Origin: Gammaproteobacteria bacterium
GTDB lineage: Bacteria; Pseudomonadota; Gammaproteobacteria; Eutrophobiales; Eutrophobiaceae
Assembly: GCA_965215365.1 (NCBI GenBank)
Contig: CBDCDS010000003.1
Coordinates: 1,408,001-1,472,000, forward strand
DNA: 64,000 bases
Direction: 5' to 3'
The translations under genes were made by a program, and so were the position numbers. This document shows, one piece after another, positions 45,721-57,189 of the stretch (position 1 is the first letter of the stretch; the number at the start of each line of letters is the position of its first letter). Below the pieces are notes generated by a model that did no database searches, was not told where the DNA came from, and saw only the letters and a program-made list of their open reading frames with translations.

Positions 45721-46884
45721 TCAGAGCCCGGCAAGCTCGTCCGTCAGGCTTTCCAGCGGAACCGCTCGAATCTGGTCGTGCATGCGGTATGCGCGAGCGC
45801 CGGGGTAGATGACGTCGATGCGTTCGAGTTGCAGCGCTTCCAGCGCTGCAAGCATTGAGCGCGTGCGCTTTGGCGCATCGGTTCGTTTGAATTCGAAACC
45901 GAACCGGCGCGAGCCGCGCAGCAGCAATAAGTCAAGCTCTGCGCCGCCTGGCGTTGCCCAGTACCAGGCACCGTCGGGAGGGATTTCAAGTCGGCGCAGC
46001 ACTTGTTCGAGCGCAAATCCTTCAAAACTGGCGCCCACCTTTGGATGCGCGGCGAGGTCTTGCGGCGTTGCCACCCCGAGCAAGCTGTGAAGCAAGCCGG
46101 AATCGGCGATGTAGATCTTGGGTGATTTGACGATTCGTTTTCCGGGATTCCTGGTCCATGGCCGCAGCTGTCGCACCATGAAGGTCGAACTCAGCAAATC
46201 AAGATAGCGGCGCACCGCCGTATGTGAAATCCCGAACGCCCGTCCAATTTCCGAACCGTTCCAGATCTGGCCGTGATAGTGGGCAAGCATCGACCAGAAA
46301 TCCGACATGGTGCGCGCGGGAACCCTGGAACCAAACGCTGGCAAATCCCTTTCGAGAAATGTGCGGGTGAAATTTTTGCGCCATTCCATGCTTTGCCGAT
46401 GGGCGGCCGGCAGATAAGCCCGCGGGAACCCACCCCGCAGCCAAAGGCGTTGCCAATGTTCCGGTCCTGTCTCTTGCAGATCGAAACCGGATAACTCATG
46501 AAAAGCGATGCGACCCGCAAGCGATTCCGACCTCTGGCGCAGCAACTCCGGCGAGGCGCTGCCCAACACAAGAAACTTTGCGGGCGAGGGAGAGCGATCA
46601 GCCAGCACCCGCAGCACCGGAAAGAGTTCGGGACGACGTTGCACTTCATCAATGACGACCAATCCGCGCAGAGGTTCCAGGGCCAGCATAGGCTCGTCAA
46701 ACTGGCCCAGGTCGCGCGGATCTTCAAGGTCGAACCGGACCGTTTCTCCATCCCAGGCGCGCATCAGCGCCTTGGCAAGCGTCGTCTTACCTACCTGCCG
46801 CGCCCCGATCAGGGCAACCACCTGATTTTCTTGCAAAAGTCTGGTTATATGCTGCTCATGCGATGTCCTGACAATTTCATTCAT
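45721..46884 (-). CDS. AAA_14 ATPase with DUF4143 domain (second paralog)
   Basis: GARQVGKT, VIDEVQ, LGSAS, ESLAGR, KSPKIYIADSG, ELDLL...FEFK. Confidence 0.9.
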   Translation of the reverse strand: MNEIVRTSHEQHITRLLQENQVVALIGARQVGKTTLAKALMRAWDGETVRFDLEDPRDLGQFDEPMLALEPLRGLVVIDEVQRRPELFPVLRVLADRSPSPAKFLVLGSASPELLRQRSESLAGRIAFHELSGFDLQETGPEHWQRLWLRGGFPRAYLPAAHRQSMEWRKNFTRTFLERDLPAFGSRVPARTMSDFWSMLAHYHGQIWNGSEIGRAFGISHTAVRRYLDLLSSTFMVRQLRPWTRNPGKRIVKSPKIYIADSGLLHSLLGVATPQDLAAHPKVGASFEGFALEQVLRRLEIPPDGAWYWATPGGAELDLLLLRGSRRFGFEFKRTDAPKRTRSMLAALEALQLERIDVIYPGARAYRMHDQIRAVPLESLTDELAGL

Positions 46885-46892
46885 GCACGAAT

Positions 46893-46913
46893 ATTGAACG
46901 ATAGCCGTTCAAT
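46893..46913. promoter_or_regulatory. Operator-like inverted repeat upstream of ATPase
   Basis: ATTGAACG-N5-CGTTCAAT, perfect, 8 bp upstream of ATG 46884. Confidence 0.55.
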
Positions 46914-46958
46914 TTGCAAGGATAAAATGATAGCGCGCAGCTGGACGCAGTACGCCAC

Positions 46959-47903
46959 TCACTCAAGGAAGCCCCCCGCAGCCCGCTGGCTCCATTCTAT
47001 CCAGGAACCGTCGTAGAGGTGCAGTTTTTCTTCGGGGAACCCCATCAGATAAAGAGCGAACAGCGGTGTGGCGGCGCGCACGCCGGAGTGGCAGTAGAAG
47101 ATATGATCATGTTCGGGCTTGAGGCCTGCCTGCGTTAGCAACGTGTCGAGCTCGGCGGCGCTGCGGAACTCGGACGGGCGGCCGGCGGAGGCTTTGCGGA
47201 AATTTTTCCAGCCGAGGTGTTGGGCGCCGTCAATGCGCCCCGTCGGCAGGCCGCCTATGCTTCTCGAACCGTCCCATTCCGCGACCGAGCGCGCATCCCA
47301 GACCCGGGCGCCGGCGTCTGCGCGGCCCCGGTCAACATCGGCCATTGCGGCCGTCCAGCCGTCGAGACCCGGGGTTGCGATAAAATTCCCGGTTTTTCCG
47401 GCTGACCGTCCGGGGCCGCGTTCAATGTTGTAGCCGGCGTCTTTCCAGGCATCCAGACCGCCGTCGAGCACCCTTACATCGGCTTTTCCGTAACGCCGGA
47501 AGAGCCACCAAAGGTGCGCCGCATCGTTGGCTTCATCATAGATCACGACAGTGGTATCGTTGTCGATGCCGAGGTCGCGCGCAAATTCCTGGAAGCGTTC
47601 CCGGTCCACCGTCATGCCGTCCGCATTCATGTAGCGCTTGCGCGGTGTATGCCGCGCGCCGGGAATGTGCTCCAGCAGCCAGGAGGTGCGTTTCACCGCA
47701 GCCAGCACTGTCGGTGGCGGCCCGTCTCCGTCCAGCATCGAGTTAAGTTCGGTCGCAGTAACCAGAGCGTGTCCGCGCGGAAAGCCCTTGTATTGCTCGG
47801 CCGGCACGGGCGCGCATAGCAGCAACAGGACGAGGGGCAACAGTATGAAGCCTTGTAACGGGTTACTTCTGCGCGGCACCCGGAAGTAGTCATTAACCCG
47901 CAT
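46959..47903 (-). CDS. Two-domain rhodanese/sulfurtransferase, probably exported
   Basis: HIPGA, VLDGG..AW, DARS, YCHSGVRA, LYDGSWIEW; hydrophobic N-terminal signal. Confidence 0.9.
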   Translation of the reverse strand: MRVNDYFRVPRRSNPLQGFILLPLVLLLLCAPVPAEQYKGFPRGHALVTATELNSMLDGDGPPPTVLAAVKRTSWLLEHIPGARHTPRKRYMNADGMTVDRERFQEFARDLGIDNDTTVVIYDEANDAAHLWWLFRRYGKADVRVLDGGLDAWKDAGYNIERGPGRSAGKTGNFIATPGLDGWTAAMADVDRGRADAGARVWDARSVAEWDGSRSIGGLPTGRIDGAQHLGWKNFRKASAGRPSEFRSAAELDTLLTQAGLKPEHDHIFYCHSGVRAATPLFALYLMGFPEEKLHLYDGSWIEWSQRAAGGFLE

Positions 47904-47917
47904 ATGTCACCAAGTCG
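47897..47917. mobile_element. MITE family 2 terminal repeat
   Basis: TTAA|cccgcatatgtcaccaagtcg; contains the ATG of the sulfurtransferase ORF. Confidence 0.7.
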
Positions 47918-47962
47918 GTTGTATTGTCATTTTTGATGCGCCTGTACGCTGAGAAAACTCAT

Positions 47963-48937
<975 letters not shown>

Positions 48938-49149
48938 TTATTCTACCCTGATTGTACAAAGTGCGCTTGCGCAAAAGCCGGTCGCCAAAGCCCTGTGCAC
49001 ACTGTCCACTACCCCATAGCCCGTGTTTACTGTATCCTGTGTGCTCCATAAAACACCGACAGGCAGAACCAAGACCAGCGAGGGCGCATCAAGCGCAGTG
49101 GGTTATGCGGAAAGAGTAGCAGTATTATCATAACTTATTGAGAGCAATT

Positions 49150-49190
49150 ATGTTTCACAAGGCAACAAGCGACTGGGTGAGATATGCGGG
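49150..49190 (+). mobile_element. MITE family 2, right two-thirds
   Basis: atgtttcacaaggcaacaagcgactgggtgagatatgcggg|CTAG matches 62777-62817. Confidence 0.85.
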
Positions 49191-49777
49191 CTAGACAGGC
49201 CGCCGTTGACAGGTCAACCAGGGAAACACAGATAGCCGTGGCGCTGAACCTGGATGGGAAAGGTGAGGCGACATTGGCGCTCGGTGTTCCGTTCCTGGAA
49301 CACATGCTGGATCAGGTTGCCCGGCACGGCCTGTTTGACCTGAATATCAAGGCGCAGGGCGACCTGGAGATCGACGCGCACCACACCGTTGAGGATGTTG
49401 GCATCTCCCTGGGACAGGCCGTCGCACAAGCGCTGGGAGACAAGCGTGGGATACGCCGCTACGGGCAGGCTTACGTGCCCCTTGACGAAGCACTGTCGCG
49501 GGTGGTGCTGGATTTCTCCGGGCGGCCCGGATTGGATTACCACGTTGAGTACCCGCGCGCCCGGGTGGGTGACTTCGATGTGGACTTGCTGCGCGAGTTT
49601 TTCCAGGGGTTTGTCAACCATGCTATGGTCACCCTGCATATTGATAACCTGCGCGGCAGGAACACGCACCACATCGCCGAGACGATCTTCAAGGCGTTTG
49701 GCCGGGCGTTGCGCGCGGCCGTGGAGCCGGATCCACGCATGGCAGGCATACTGCCCTCAACCAAAGGCAGCCTGTAG
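49184..49777 (+). CDS. hisB: Imidazoleglycerol-phosphate dehydratase
   Basis: [28 protein letters not shown]. Confidence 0.97.
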   Translation: MRARQAAVDRSTRETQIAVALNLDGKGEATLALGVPFLEHMLDQVARHGLFDLNIKAQGDLEIDAHHTVEDVGISLGQAVAQALGDKRGIRRYGQAYVPLDEALSRVVLDFSGRPGLDYHVEYPRARVGDFDVDLLREFFQGFVNHAMVTLHIDNLRGRNTHHIAETIFKAFGRALRAAVEPDPRMAGILPSTKGSL

Positions 49778-49791
49778 AAGGTGATGCGGCC

Positions 49792-50448
49792 GTGAGCCTG
49801 AGCGCGCGCAAAATCGTTGCCATTCTGGACTACGGTTCGGGTAACCTGCACTCGGTGGCGAAGGCCTTGGAACAGGTGGCCGGGCGGGACTATGCGGTGC
49901 GGGTAAGCGGCGAGCGTAACGCGGTGCTGGCCGCCGAACGCATCGTCTTCCCCGGCCAGGGCGCCATCGGTCAATGTATGCAGACCCTGATCGACAAGGG
50001 CTTCCCTGCGCTGCTCCGGGAGTGCTTGCTGAATAAACCCTTCCTGGGTATCTGCCTGGGATTGCAGACCTTGATGGATGCCAGCGAGGAAGACGGCGGC
50101 ACCCACGGTCTGGCCTTGCTGCCGGGGCAAGTGCGCCGATTTCCGGCAGCCGCCAGGGATGCCAACGGCGACCCGTACAAGATCCCACACATGGGCTGGA
50201 ACAAGGTCAAACAAGCAGCCGTCCACCCCCTGTGGAAGAATATCGAGGACGGTGAGCGGTTTTACTTCGTGCACAGCTACTATGTGCAACCGGACTACAA
50301 ACCGGATACGGCAGGGGTCACGGATTATATCGTGAGTTTTACCTCAGCCGCGGCGCGGGATAACCTGTTCGCCACACAATTCCACCCGGAAAAGAGCCAG
50401 AAGCCCGGCCTTGCCCTGCTCAGGAATTTTCTGGACTGGCAGCCGTAA
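49792..50448 (+). CDS. hisH: Imidazole glycerol phosphate synthase subunit HisH
   Basis: DYGSGNL.S, PGQG, GICLG, PHMGWN, QFHPEKS. Confidence 0.96.
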   Translation: MSLSARKIVAILDYGSGNLHSVAKALEQVAGRDYAVRVSGERNAVLAAERIVFPGQGAIGQCMQTLIDKGFPALLRECLLNKPFLGICLGLQTLMDASEEDGGTHGLALLPGQVRRFPAAARDANGDPYKIPHMGWNKVKQAAVHPLWKNIEDGERFYFVHSYYVQPDYKPDTAGVTDYIVSFTSAAARDNLFATQFHPEKSQKPGLALLRNFLDWQP

Positions 50449-50486
50449 GCGCCACTGACGGCGCGATCTTCGCATCACTGGTAAAT

Positions 50487-50517
50487 AATGCCCTCCGTGG
50501 CATTTTTAGAGGTTCCC
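50487..50517. mobile_element. MITE family 1 terminal hairpin
   Basis: aatgccctccgtggcatttttagaggttccc, abutting the HU stop codon between convergent genes. Confidence 0.7.
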
Positions 50518-50850
50518 TTAAGACACTGAGTCTTTCAGCGCCTTCAACGGCATAGCGCGCACGGCGACGGTTGCCGGTTTTGCTGCGATGGTAATTTTCT
50601 CGCCCGTGGCGGGATTGATGCCGGGGCGCGCGGCGCGGGCAGGCTTTATCACCCGGCTCAATTTAACACCCATTGACGGCACCGTGAATTCCCCTGAAGC
50701 GCCGTTCTGCAGATGGCGCACGGCCAGTGCAGCCATTGAGTCGAGGACTGCTCCGACCTGCTTTTTAGTCAGGCCGGTATCTTCGGCAATATGAGTTAAA
50801 ATTTGTGATTTGGTTTGTTTTTGTGCAATCGCTTGTGGTTTGTAAGACAT
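50518..50850 (-). CDS. HU-family DNA-binding protein
   Basis: TKSQI...IAE.TGLTKKQV, ARPGINPATGEKITIAAK, KALKD.V. Confidence 0.88.
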   Translation of the reverse strand: MSYKPQAIAQKQTKSQILTHIAEDTGLTKKQVGAVLDSMAALAVRHLQNGASGEFTVPSMGVKLSRVIKPARAARPGINPATGEKITIAAKPATVAVRAMPLKALKDSVS

Positions 50851-51067
50851 CTCTACCCCTCCTACGGAACTAGGTTAGTAACACTATGTTGCCTGCAGCG
50901 CCCATCGTTCTGCCGTTCCAGCATTCCCCGGACGCAGCCGTTAAATTGAGCTTCGTCGCTCAAAAGCCCCACTGGGAGACGATTATATTACAAAATCAAG
51001 ATGATTTGTGCAGATCTGTCATTTTTTTTCGTAACGACCCTCAAAGGCCGCGCGACACTCGCGCGCG

Positions 51068-52375
51068 TCACTGCGTGGGCAAGCCCGACGCCGCTTCCCT
51101 GCGCACTGCCCGGTAAGCGATGTCCGAGCGATAAAACAAGGCATCGCAAGCGATGGTTGCAACCGTTTGGTAGGCCTTGTGCCGGGCTTGAGTAACGCTG
51201 TCCGCCAGGGCCGTCACGCACAGCACCCGCCCGCCATCGGTCACTATCTCGTCCCCGGCCTGCCGGGTGCCGGCATGAAATATTTTCACGGTCTTGTCTG
51301 TTTGCCTGAGACCGGTAATGGGCCGCCCCTTGGTGGCGCCTTGCGGATATCCTGCCGAAGCCATCACCACACCCACGGCCGGGCGCGGGTCCCAGGCCAG
51401 CGTGGCGGTACGCAGTTGTTGCGCCAGAGCCAGCTCACACAGGGCCGGCAAATCGCCTTGCAAGCGCATCAGCATGGGCTGCGTCTCCGGGTCACCCAGA
51501 CGGCAGTTGAACTCAAGCGTCTGCGGGTTGCCGTCGGCGTCAATCATGAGCCCGGCGTAGAGGAAGCCACGGTAGGGGGTGCCTTCCGCCCTCATGCCGG
51601 CAATGGCGGGCTCGATGACGCGCTGCATAATACGCTCGTGCAGCACATCATCCATCATGGCCGCGGGCGAATAGGCGCCCATACCGCCGGTGTTGGGTCC
51701 GGTGTCGCCCTCGTCTCTGGCCTTGTGGTCCTGGGAACTGGCCAGCGGGATTACGTGCTCGCCGTCGCTCATCACGATGAAGCTGGCCTCCTCGCCGGCG
51801 ATAAAGTCCTCGATAACAACCCGTTGCCCGGCGGCGCCGAATTTGCCGGCTGTCAGCATCTCCCGCAATGCGCGTCCGGCCTCCTCGCGGGTACAGGCAA
51901 TGACGACGCCTTTGCCCGCCGCCAGACCGTCTGCCTTGACCACTATCGGCAGGCTGGCTGCCTCAATATAAGCCAACGCCGGAGCCAGCTCGGTAAAACT
52001 CTCGCTGGCCGCCGTGGGAATGCCGTAGCGGCGCATGAAGAGCTTGCTGAAATGCTTGGAGCCTTCCAGCCTGGCGGCCTGTTGCGAGGGGCCGAAACAG
52101 CGTAATCCCGCCGCCGCAAAGGCATCCGCAATACCGGCGACCAGCGGCCCTTCAGTCCCCACCAGGGTCAACGCCACGCCGCGCTCACGGGCAAGCCCGA
52201 TTAAGGCAGGGGTATCAGTGGGGGTAATGGGGATATTTTCTACCTTGTCCTCCAACGCAGTACCGGCGTTGCCCGGCGCCACATAGACCTTTTCCACCTC
52301 AGGCGACTGCGCTGTCTTCCAGGCCAGGGCGTGCTCCCGCCCGCCGGCGCCGATAATAAGCACACGCAGCGGCAT
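51068..52375 (-). CDS. purD: Phosphoribosylamine-glycine ligase
   Basis: GGREHAL, KADGLAAGKGV, NTGGMGAYSP, EFNCRLGDPE. Confidence 0.97.
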   Translation of the reverse strand: MPLRVLIIGAGGREHALAWKTAQSPEVEKVYVAPGNAGTALEDKVENIPITPTDTPALIGLARERGVALTLVGTEGPLVAGIADAFAAAGLRCFGPSQQAARLEGSKHFSKLFMRRYGIPTAASESFTELAPALAYIEAASLPIVVKADGLAAGKGVVIACTREEAGRALREMLTAGKFGAAGQRVVIEDFIAGEEASFIVMSDGEHVIPLASSQDHKARDEGDTGPNTGGMGAYSPAAMMDDVLHERIMQRVIEPAIAGMRAEGTPYRGFLYAGLMIDADGNPQTLEFNCRLGDPETQPMLMRLQGDLPALCELALAQQLRTATLAWDPRPAVGVVMASAGYPQGATKGRPITGLRQTDKTVKIFHAGTRQAGDEIVTDGGRVLCVTALADSVTQARHKAYQTVATIACDALFYRSDIAYRAVRREAASGLPTQ

Positions 52376-52393
52376 GTTCAGGGTGAGCCGGGT

Positions 52394-53953
52394 TCAGTGC
52401 CGGAAATGACGCATGGAGGTCAATACCATGGCCATGTCGTGCTCATCTGCGGCCGCAATCACTTCCTGGTCGCGCACCGAGCCGCCCGGTTGTATCACCG
52501 CGCTGATGCCCGCTTGCGCCGCGGCATCAATCCCGTCGCGAAATGGAAAGAACGCATCTGAGGCCATGACTGCGCTGGCAACCTCAAGGCCGGCGTCGGC
52601 AGCCTTGATGGCGGCGATACGGGCGCTGTAAACCCGGCTCATCTGGCCGGCGCCGATACCGATAGTCCGGCGTTGCCGGGCATAAACGATGGCGTTGGAC
52701 TTGACGTACTTCACCACCCGCCAGGCAAACAACAGGTCTGCCAGTTGTTCAGCATCCGGCTTGCGTGCAGAGACTGTCTGCAACTGTTGCACAGTCATGG
52801 ACCCGGTATCCGAGTCCTGCACCAGTAAGCCGCCGCTGACGCGTTTTAGCTCCAGTTGCGCCGGTTGGCCGGCGCCGGTGCCGGTGACCAGCACCCGCAC
52901 ATCTGATTTTGCTGCCGTGATGGAGAGCACGCCCTCGTCCAGTTCCGGCGCCAGCAGCACCTCCACAAACTGTTGCTCGATGATGCGTTGCGCGGTCTCT
53001 TTATCCAGGCTGCGGTTGCAGGCGATGATGCCGCCGAACGCGGACACCGGGTCGGTCGCGTACGCGGCGCTATAGGCCTCCGACAGCGATGCTGCCTCGG
53101 CCACCCCGCAGGGGTTGGCGTGCTTGACGATCACGCAGGCAGGTTGCGCAAACCCCGATACGCACTCCAGGGCGGCGTCGGCATCGGCCAGATTATTGTA
53201 GGACAGCGCCTTGCCCTGCAGCTGACGCGCCGCGCCCAGAGTCCCTGCCGCCGGCGTCGGTTCCGTATAAAAGGCCGCGCCCTGGTGCGGATTCTCACCA
53301 TAGCGCAATTCCTGAGCCAGGCTGAACTGCATGGTGTAGGTATCCGGATAATTTCTGCTGTTGCCGGCGTGGTCCAGTGCCCCTAAGTAGTTAGCCACAT
53401 TGGCATCGTAGTGAGCCGTGTGTGAGTAAACCTTTTGCGCCAGCTTAAAACAGGTCTGCACCGCCAGCTGGTTGTTGTGTTCGCGCAGTTCTTCCAATAC
53501 CGCCGGGTAATCAGCCGTATCCACAATCACGCCGGTGCACAGGTAGTTTTTGGCCGCAGCCCTGAGCATGGTCGGCCCGCCTATATCAATATTCTCGATG
53601 GCCTCGGCTAGGGTGCAGTGTGCGCGCTTGACGGTTGCCTCGAACGGATACAGGTTGACGACGACCAGATCTATGGGCGGGATGTCCAATTCTGCCATGA
53701 TTTCATCGTCCTGGCCCGGGCGCCCGAGCAGACCGCCGTGGATCTTCGGGTGCAGGGTTTTAACCCGACCGTCCATGATCTCCGGGAAACCGGTGTAAGC
53801 AGACACATCCGTCACGCGGAGGTCGTGGGCTTGCAACAGTTTGAAAGTGCCGCCGGTAGAGAGCAGGGCAATACCCAAACCGTCCAGGGCCTGACAGAAC
53901 TCGACGATGCCGGTTTTATCGGAGACGCTAATCAGCGCGCGGCGTACCCTCAC
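52394..53953 (-). CDS. purH: Bifunctional AICAR transformylase/IMP cyclohydrolase
   Basis: [41 protein letters not shown]. Confidence 0.97.
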   Translation of the reverse strand: MRVRRALISVSDKTGIVEFCQALDGLGIALLSTGGTFKLLQAHDLRVTDVSAYTGFPEIMDGRVKTLHPKIHGGLLGRPGQDDEIMAELDIPPIDLVVVNLYPFEATVKRAHCTLAEAIENIDIGGPTMLRAAAKNYLCTGVIVDTADYPAVLEELREHNNQLAVQTCFKLAQKVYSHTAHYDANVANYLGALDHAGNSRNYPDTYTMQFSLAQELRYGENPHQGAAFYTEPTPAAGTLGAARQLQGKALSYNNLADADAALECVSGFAQPACVIVKHANPCGVAEAASLSEAYSAAYATDPVSAFGGIIACNRSLDKETAQRIIEQQFVEVLLAPELDEGVLSITAAKSDVRVLVTGTGAGQPAQLELKRVSGGLLVQDSDTGSMTVQQLQTVSARKPDAEQLADLLFAWRVVKYVKSNAIVYARQRRTIGIGAGQMSRVYSARIAAIKAADAGLEVASAVMASDAFFPFRDGIDAAAQAGISAVIQPGGSVRDQEVIAAADEHDMAMVLTSMRHFRH

Positions 53954-54222
53954 CGTGCAATACCGTACTTCTTCAAACGCGCCAGCACCGTACCCCGGTT
54001 CAGCCCCAAGGCTTGCGCGGCATGGGTGATATTGCCGTTATATTGACTTAACACCGTTTCAAACAATGGTTTTTCGACCTGGGCAATGACCAGATCGTAC
54101 AGTTCGGAGGCATCATGCCCGTTCAGATCGGAAAAATAATTCTGCATAGACTCCTCCACGCAATCACTCAAGGATTGTCTGGTGGAACAGGCTTGTGTGG
54201 AATCCCGTTTCGTTAACGACAT
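53950..54222 (-). CDS. fis: Fis DNA-binding protein
   Basis: LY..V...VEKPL, GN...AA..LGLNRGT...LKKYG; upstream of purH. Confidence 0.9.
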   Translation of the reverse strand: MSLTKRDSTQACSTRQSLSDCVEESMQNYFSDLNGHDASELYDLVIAQVEKPLFETVLSQYNGNITHAAQALGLNRGTVLARLKKYGIAR

Positions 54223-54399
54223 GTTGCGCTGGTTTGTGGTTATGGAGAGATTCCTGTGCTTCTGACTGCGGCATCACTTCCAGCAACCTCTGATTGTCAG
54301 AGGCACCTTTCCCGCATTCTACCGCTTCTGAGCCCCCTGCCCGTAACGATAACAATCAATGCCTGTTGATGCAATCCTTTTTCGCGTCTCCTTTCGCGT

Positions 54400-55251
54400 T
54401 TAATGGAAGCGAAGTTGAAAACTCGCGGCGCCGGCGGGCGCGCCGACAAGTTCCAGCGCAATGGGGAGCGGTGCCCCGGGAGCCATGCCGGCGGCGAGGT
54501 CGATGCCGGCACCGAGATATTGCGCGGGCGTAAATCGCCCCTGGGCAAGTAACTGTCGGGCGGGTGCGTAAATTAACAGTTCTATTTCGGGAAACGGCTG
54601 CATGAATTGAGCCTGACTGACCATAATGGCGTTGACCAGCAACGCATTGCGATAGCGGGGATGTGGTTGCGCATCCTGGCCCAGCAGCGTGATGGTTGAT
54701 GGGTCGCGCAAGCGGATGGGTTCACATTGCAGGCGTGCACAGGCAGCTTGTACCCAGGGCACGCCGGCCGGATACCGCGCTAATAGCCAGTCGCGGTTGA
54801 ACCAGCCAAGTTGCAGCAAGGCACCGAGCGACAGGATGATAACCAGGGCGCCCCAGAGCAGGCGCGTAGACGAACCGGTCTGCTGTTCACCCTCATCGAC
54901 CAGCACCGGCGGCAGGTCGGATAACGGTTCGTAGTCTGTTGCTGCGGGCGCGGGTTCAAGCTGTTCGGCTTGCCGTTGCCGTAGTGGCGGTTCTGCTGCT
55001 ATCTGCGTCACCGACGCCGGGGCGGGTTGTTCCTGCTCGGACTCCGGCGCGGCGTCCGCAGACGCGGGTTCTGGCGCCACTTCTTCGGTCAGCGCCGGGG
55101 GGTGCGGTCGTAGCACCGGCGCATCGCGCAAGCGCGCCAGCGCCGAAAACGTCTCGCCGCAAGAACCGCAGCTGACCCAGCCGTCGGCAGCCTTGAGTTG
55201 GGCCGCCCGTACGCGAAACAGGCGGCCACAGGATGGGCAATCGGCAAACAT
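54400..55251 (-). CDS. Zinc-ribbon + DUF3426 membrane protein
   Basis: CPSC..FRV...QL....G.V.CGSC...F, low-complexity linker, one TM; usual position between accC and fis. Confidence 0.85.
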   Translation of the reverse strand: MFADCPSCGRLFRVRAAQLKAADGWVSCGSCGETFSALARLRDAPVLRPHPPALTEEVAPEPASADAAPESEQEQPAPASVTQIAAEPPLRQRQAEQLEPAPAATDYEPLSDLPPVLVDEGEQQTGSSTRLLWGALVIILSLGALLQLGWFNRDWLLARYPAGVPWVQAACARLQCEPIRLRDPSTITLLGQDAQPHPRYRNALLVNAIMVSQAQFMQPFPEIELLIYAPARQLLAQGRFTPAQYLGAGIDLAAGMAPGAPLPIALELVGAPAGAASFQLRFH

Positions 55252-55256
55252 GATGC

Positions 55257-56600
55257 CTATTTCAGACCCAGCTTGTTTTCCAGATAGTGAATGTTGGTGC
55301 CACCGGCAACAAACGCAGCATCATCCAGCAATTTCTGCTGTAACGGGATATTGGTCTTGATGCCTTCAATAACGAGTTCGGACAGGGCGGTGGACATGCG
55401 TGCCAGGGCCAGCTCCCGGGTTTCTGCGTGGGCGATCAGCTTGGCGATCATCGAATCATAATGCGGCGGAATGTAGTAGCCGTCATAGATATGGGTTTCC
55501 ATGCGAATCCCCGGGCCGCCGGGCGGGTGGAAATGCTTGATCCGGCCTGGTGAGGGCATGAAGGTATCCGGGTCTTCCGCTTGAATGCGGCATTCCAGGG
55601 CATGGCCGCGTACGCCGATGTCATCCTGTTGATAACTCAATTCCAGGCCGGCGGCAATGCGCAGTTGCTCCTTGACGATATCAACGCCGGTGACCATTTC
55701 AGTAACGGGGTGCTCCACCTGGATGCGCGTGTTCATTTCGATGAAGTAAAACTCGCCGTCCTGGTAAAGGAATTCCATGGTGCCAGCGCCGCGATAGCCC
55801 ATGGTCTTGCACGCCTGCACGCAGATGTCACCGATCCTGGTGCGCATTTCCTGCGTGAGCCCGATTGCCGGCGCTTCTTCTATGACCTTCTGGTGGCGCC
55901 GCTGCATGGAGCAGTCCCTTTCTCCCAGATGAATGACGTTGCCGGCTGCATCGGCCAGCAGCTGTATTTCGATATGGCGCGGCTGTTCGAGAAACTTTTC
56001 CATGTATAAGGTATCATCGCCGAACGCCGCCGCGGCTTCTGCGCGCGTCAACGCCACGGCGTTGCGCAGGGATGCCTCGCCGCGCACAATGCGCATGCCG
56101 CGCCCGCCGCCGCCGGCTGCGGCCTTGATAATCACCGGGTAGCCCAATTCCTTCGCAACCCGGCCGACCTCGTCGATATCATCACTGAGGTCGCCGCTGG
56201 AACCGGGCACGCAGGGCACGCCGAATTTGCGCATCTGCTCGCGCGCGGAGATCTTGCTACCCATCAGACGGATGGTATCGGCGCGTGGACCGATGAAGAT
56301 AAACCCGCTCTCCTCCACCCGTTCGGCAAAATCGGCATTTTCCGACAGGAAGCCGTAACCCGGGTGGATGGCTGCGGCATCGGTGACCTCCGCGGCGCTG
56401 ATAACCGCCGGAATATTCAGATAACTGCCAGCCGACGCGGCCGGGCCGATGCAGACCGCTTCATCCGCCAACAGCACGTGTTTTTGTTCCCGGTCCGCCT
56501 CCGAGAACACGGCCACAGTCTTGATGCCAAGCTCGCGACAGGAACGCAGGATGCGCAGGGCAATTTCACCGCGGTTGGCAATGACGACTTTTGCAAGCAT
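55257..56600 (-). CDS. accC: Acetyl-CoA carboxylase, biotin carboxylase
   Basis: [35 protein letters not shown]. Confidence 0.97.
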   Translation of the reverse strand: MLAKVVIANRGEIALRILRSCRELGIKTVAVFSEADREQKHVLLADEAVCIGPAASAGSYLNIPAVISAAEVTDAAAIHPGYGFLSENADFAERVEESGFIFIGPRADTIRLMGSKISAREQMRKFGVPCVPGSSGDLSDDIDEVGRVAKELGYPVIIKAAAGGGGRGMRIVRGEASLRNAVALTRAEAAAAFGDDTLYMEKFLEQPRHIEIQLLADAAGNVIHLGERDCSMQRRHQKVIEEAPAIGLTQEMRTRIGDICVQACKTMGYRGAGTMEFLYQDGEFYFIEMNTRIQVEHPVTEMVTGVDIVKEQLRIAAGLELSYQQDDIGVRGHALECRIQAEDPDTFMPSPGRIKHFHPPGGPGIRMETHIYDGYYIPPHYDSMIAKLIAHAETRELALARMSTALSELVIEGIKTNIPLQQKLLDDAAFVAGGTNIHYLENKLGLK

Positions 56601-56616
56601 GATTATTTTTCAGAAC

Positions 56617-56705
56617 CACTTCCACGAAAGTGGGAGTTCAGTTTATACCCTGTCGCTCGAAGGGCGGCTCCCTTGCGACCGGATTCCCGCTTGCACGGGA
56701 ATAGC
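56617..56705. repeat. Degenerate paired REP-like hairpins between accB and accC
   Basis: ttccacgaaagtgggag ... ggattcccgcttgcacgggaat. Confidence 0.55.
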
Positions 56706-56718
56706 AGCAGGTTTTGCC

Positions 56719-57180
56719 TCAGGCATCGCGGATAATGAACAACGGCTGTCCGTACTCCACCGGTTCGCCGTTGGTGGCCATGATACGGCTGACGACACCA
56801 GCCTTTTCGGCTTCGATCTGGTTCATGATCTTCATCGCCTCAATAATACACAGCACATCCCCTTTCGCTACCGTCTGGCCCAGTTCCACGAAGGCCGGTT
56901 TACCCGGTGTCTGGGACTCATAGAAGATCCCCACCATGGGCGAGCGCACCATGTTCTCCTCGGGTTCTTCTTCCTGCCGGGCAGGTTCAGGCTCGGGCGC
57001 GTCGTCGGCAACCGGGGTGGCAGTCTGAACCTCACTCACCGGCATGGCGACAGGAAGCTGTGCCGGCGCCTGTCGGTTACGGCTGACCCGGACGGAATCG
57101 GTGTCCTCATGGATCTCAATCTCATCGATAGCCGATTCCTCCAGCATCTCGATCAGTTTTTTTACCTTGCGTATGTCCAT
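56719..57180 (-). CDS. accB: Biotin carboxyl carrier protein
   Basis: MDIRKVKKLIE, SPMVG, EAMKIMN. Confidence 0.97.
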   Translation of the reverse strand: MDIRKVKKLIEMLEESAIDEIEIHEDTDSVRVSRNRQAPAQLPVAMPVSEVQTATPVADDAPEPEPARQEEEPEENMVRSPMVGIFYESQTPGKPAFVELGQTVAKGDVLCIIEAMKIMNQIEAEKAGVVSRIMATNGEPVEYGQPLFIIRDA

Positions 57181-57189
57181 AGACTTCGA

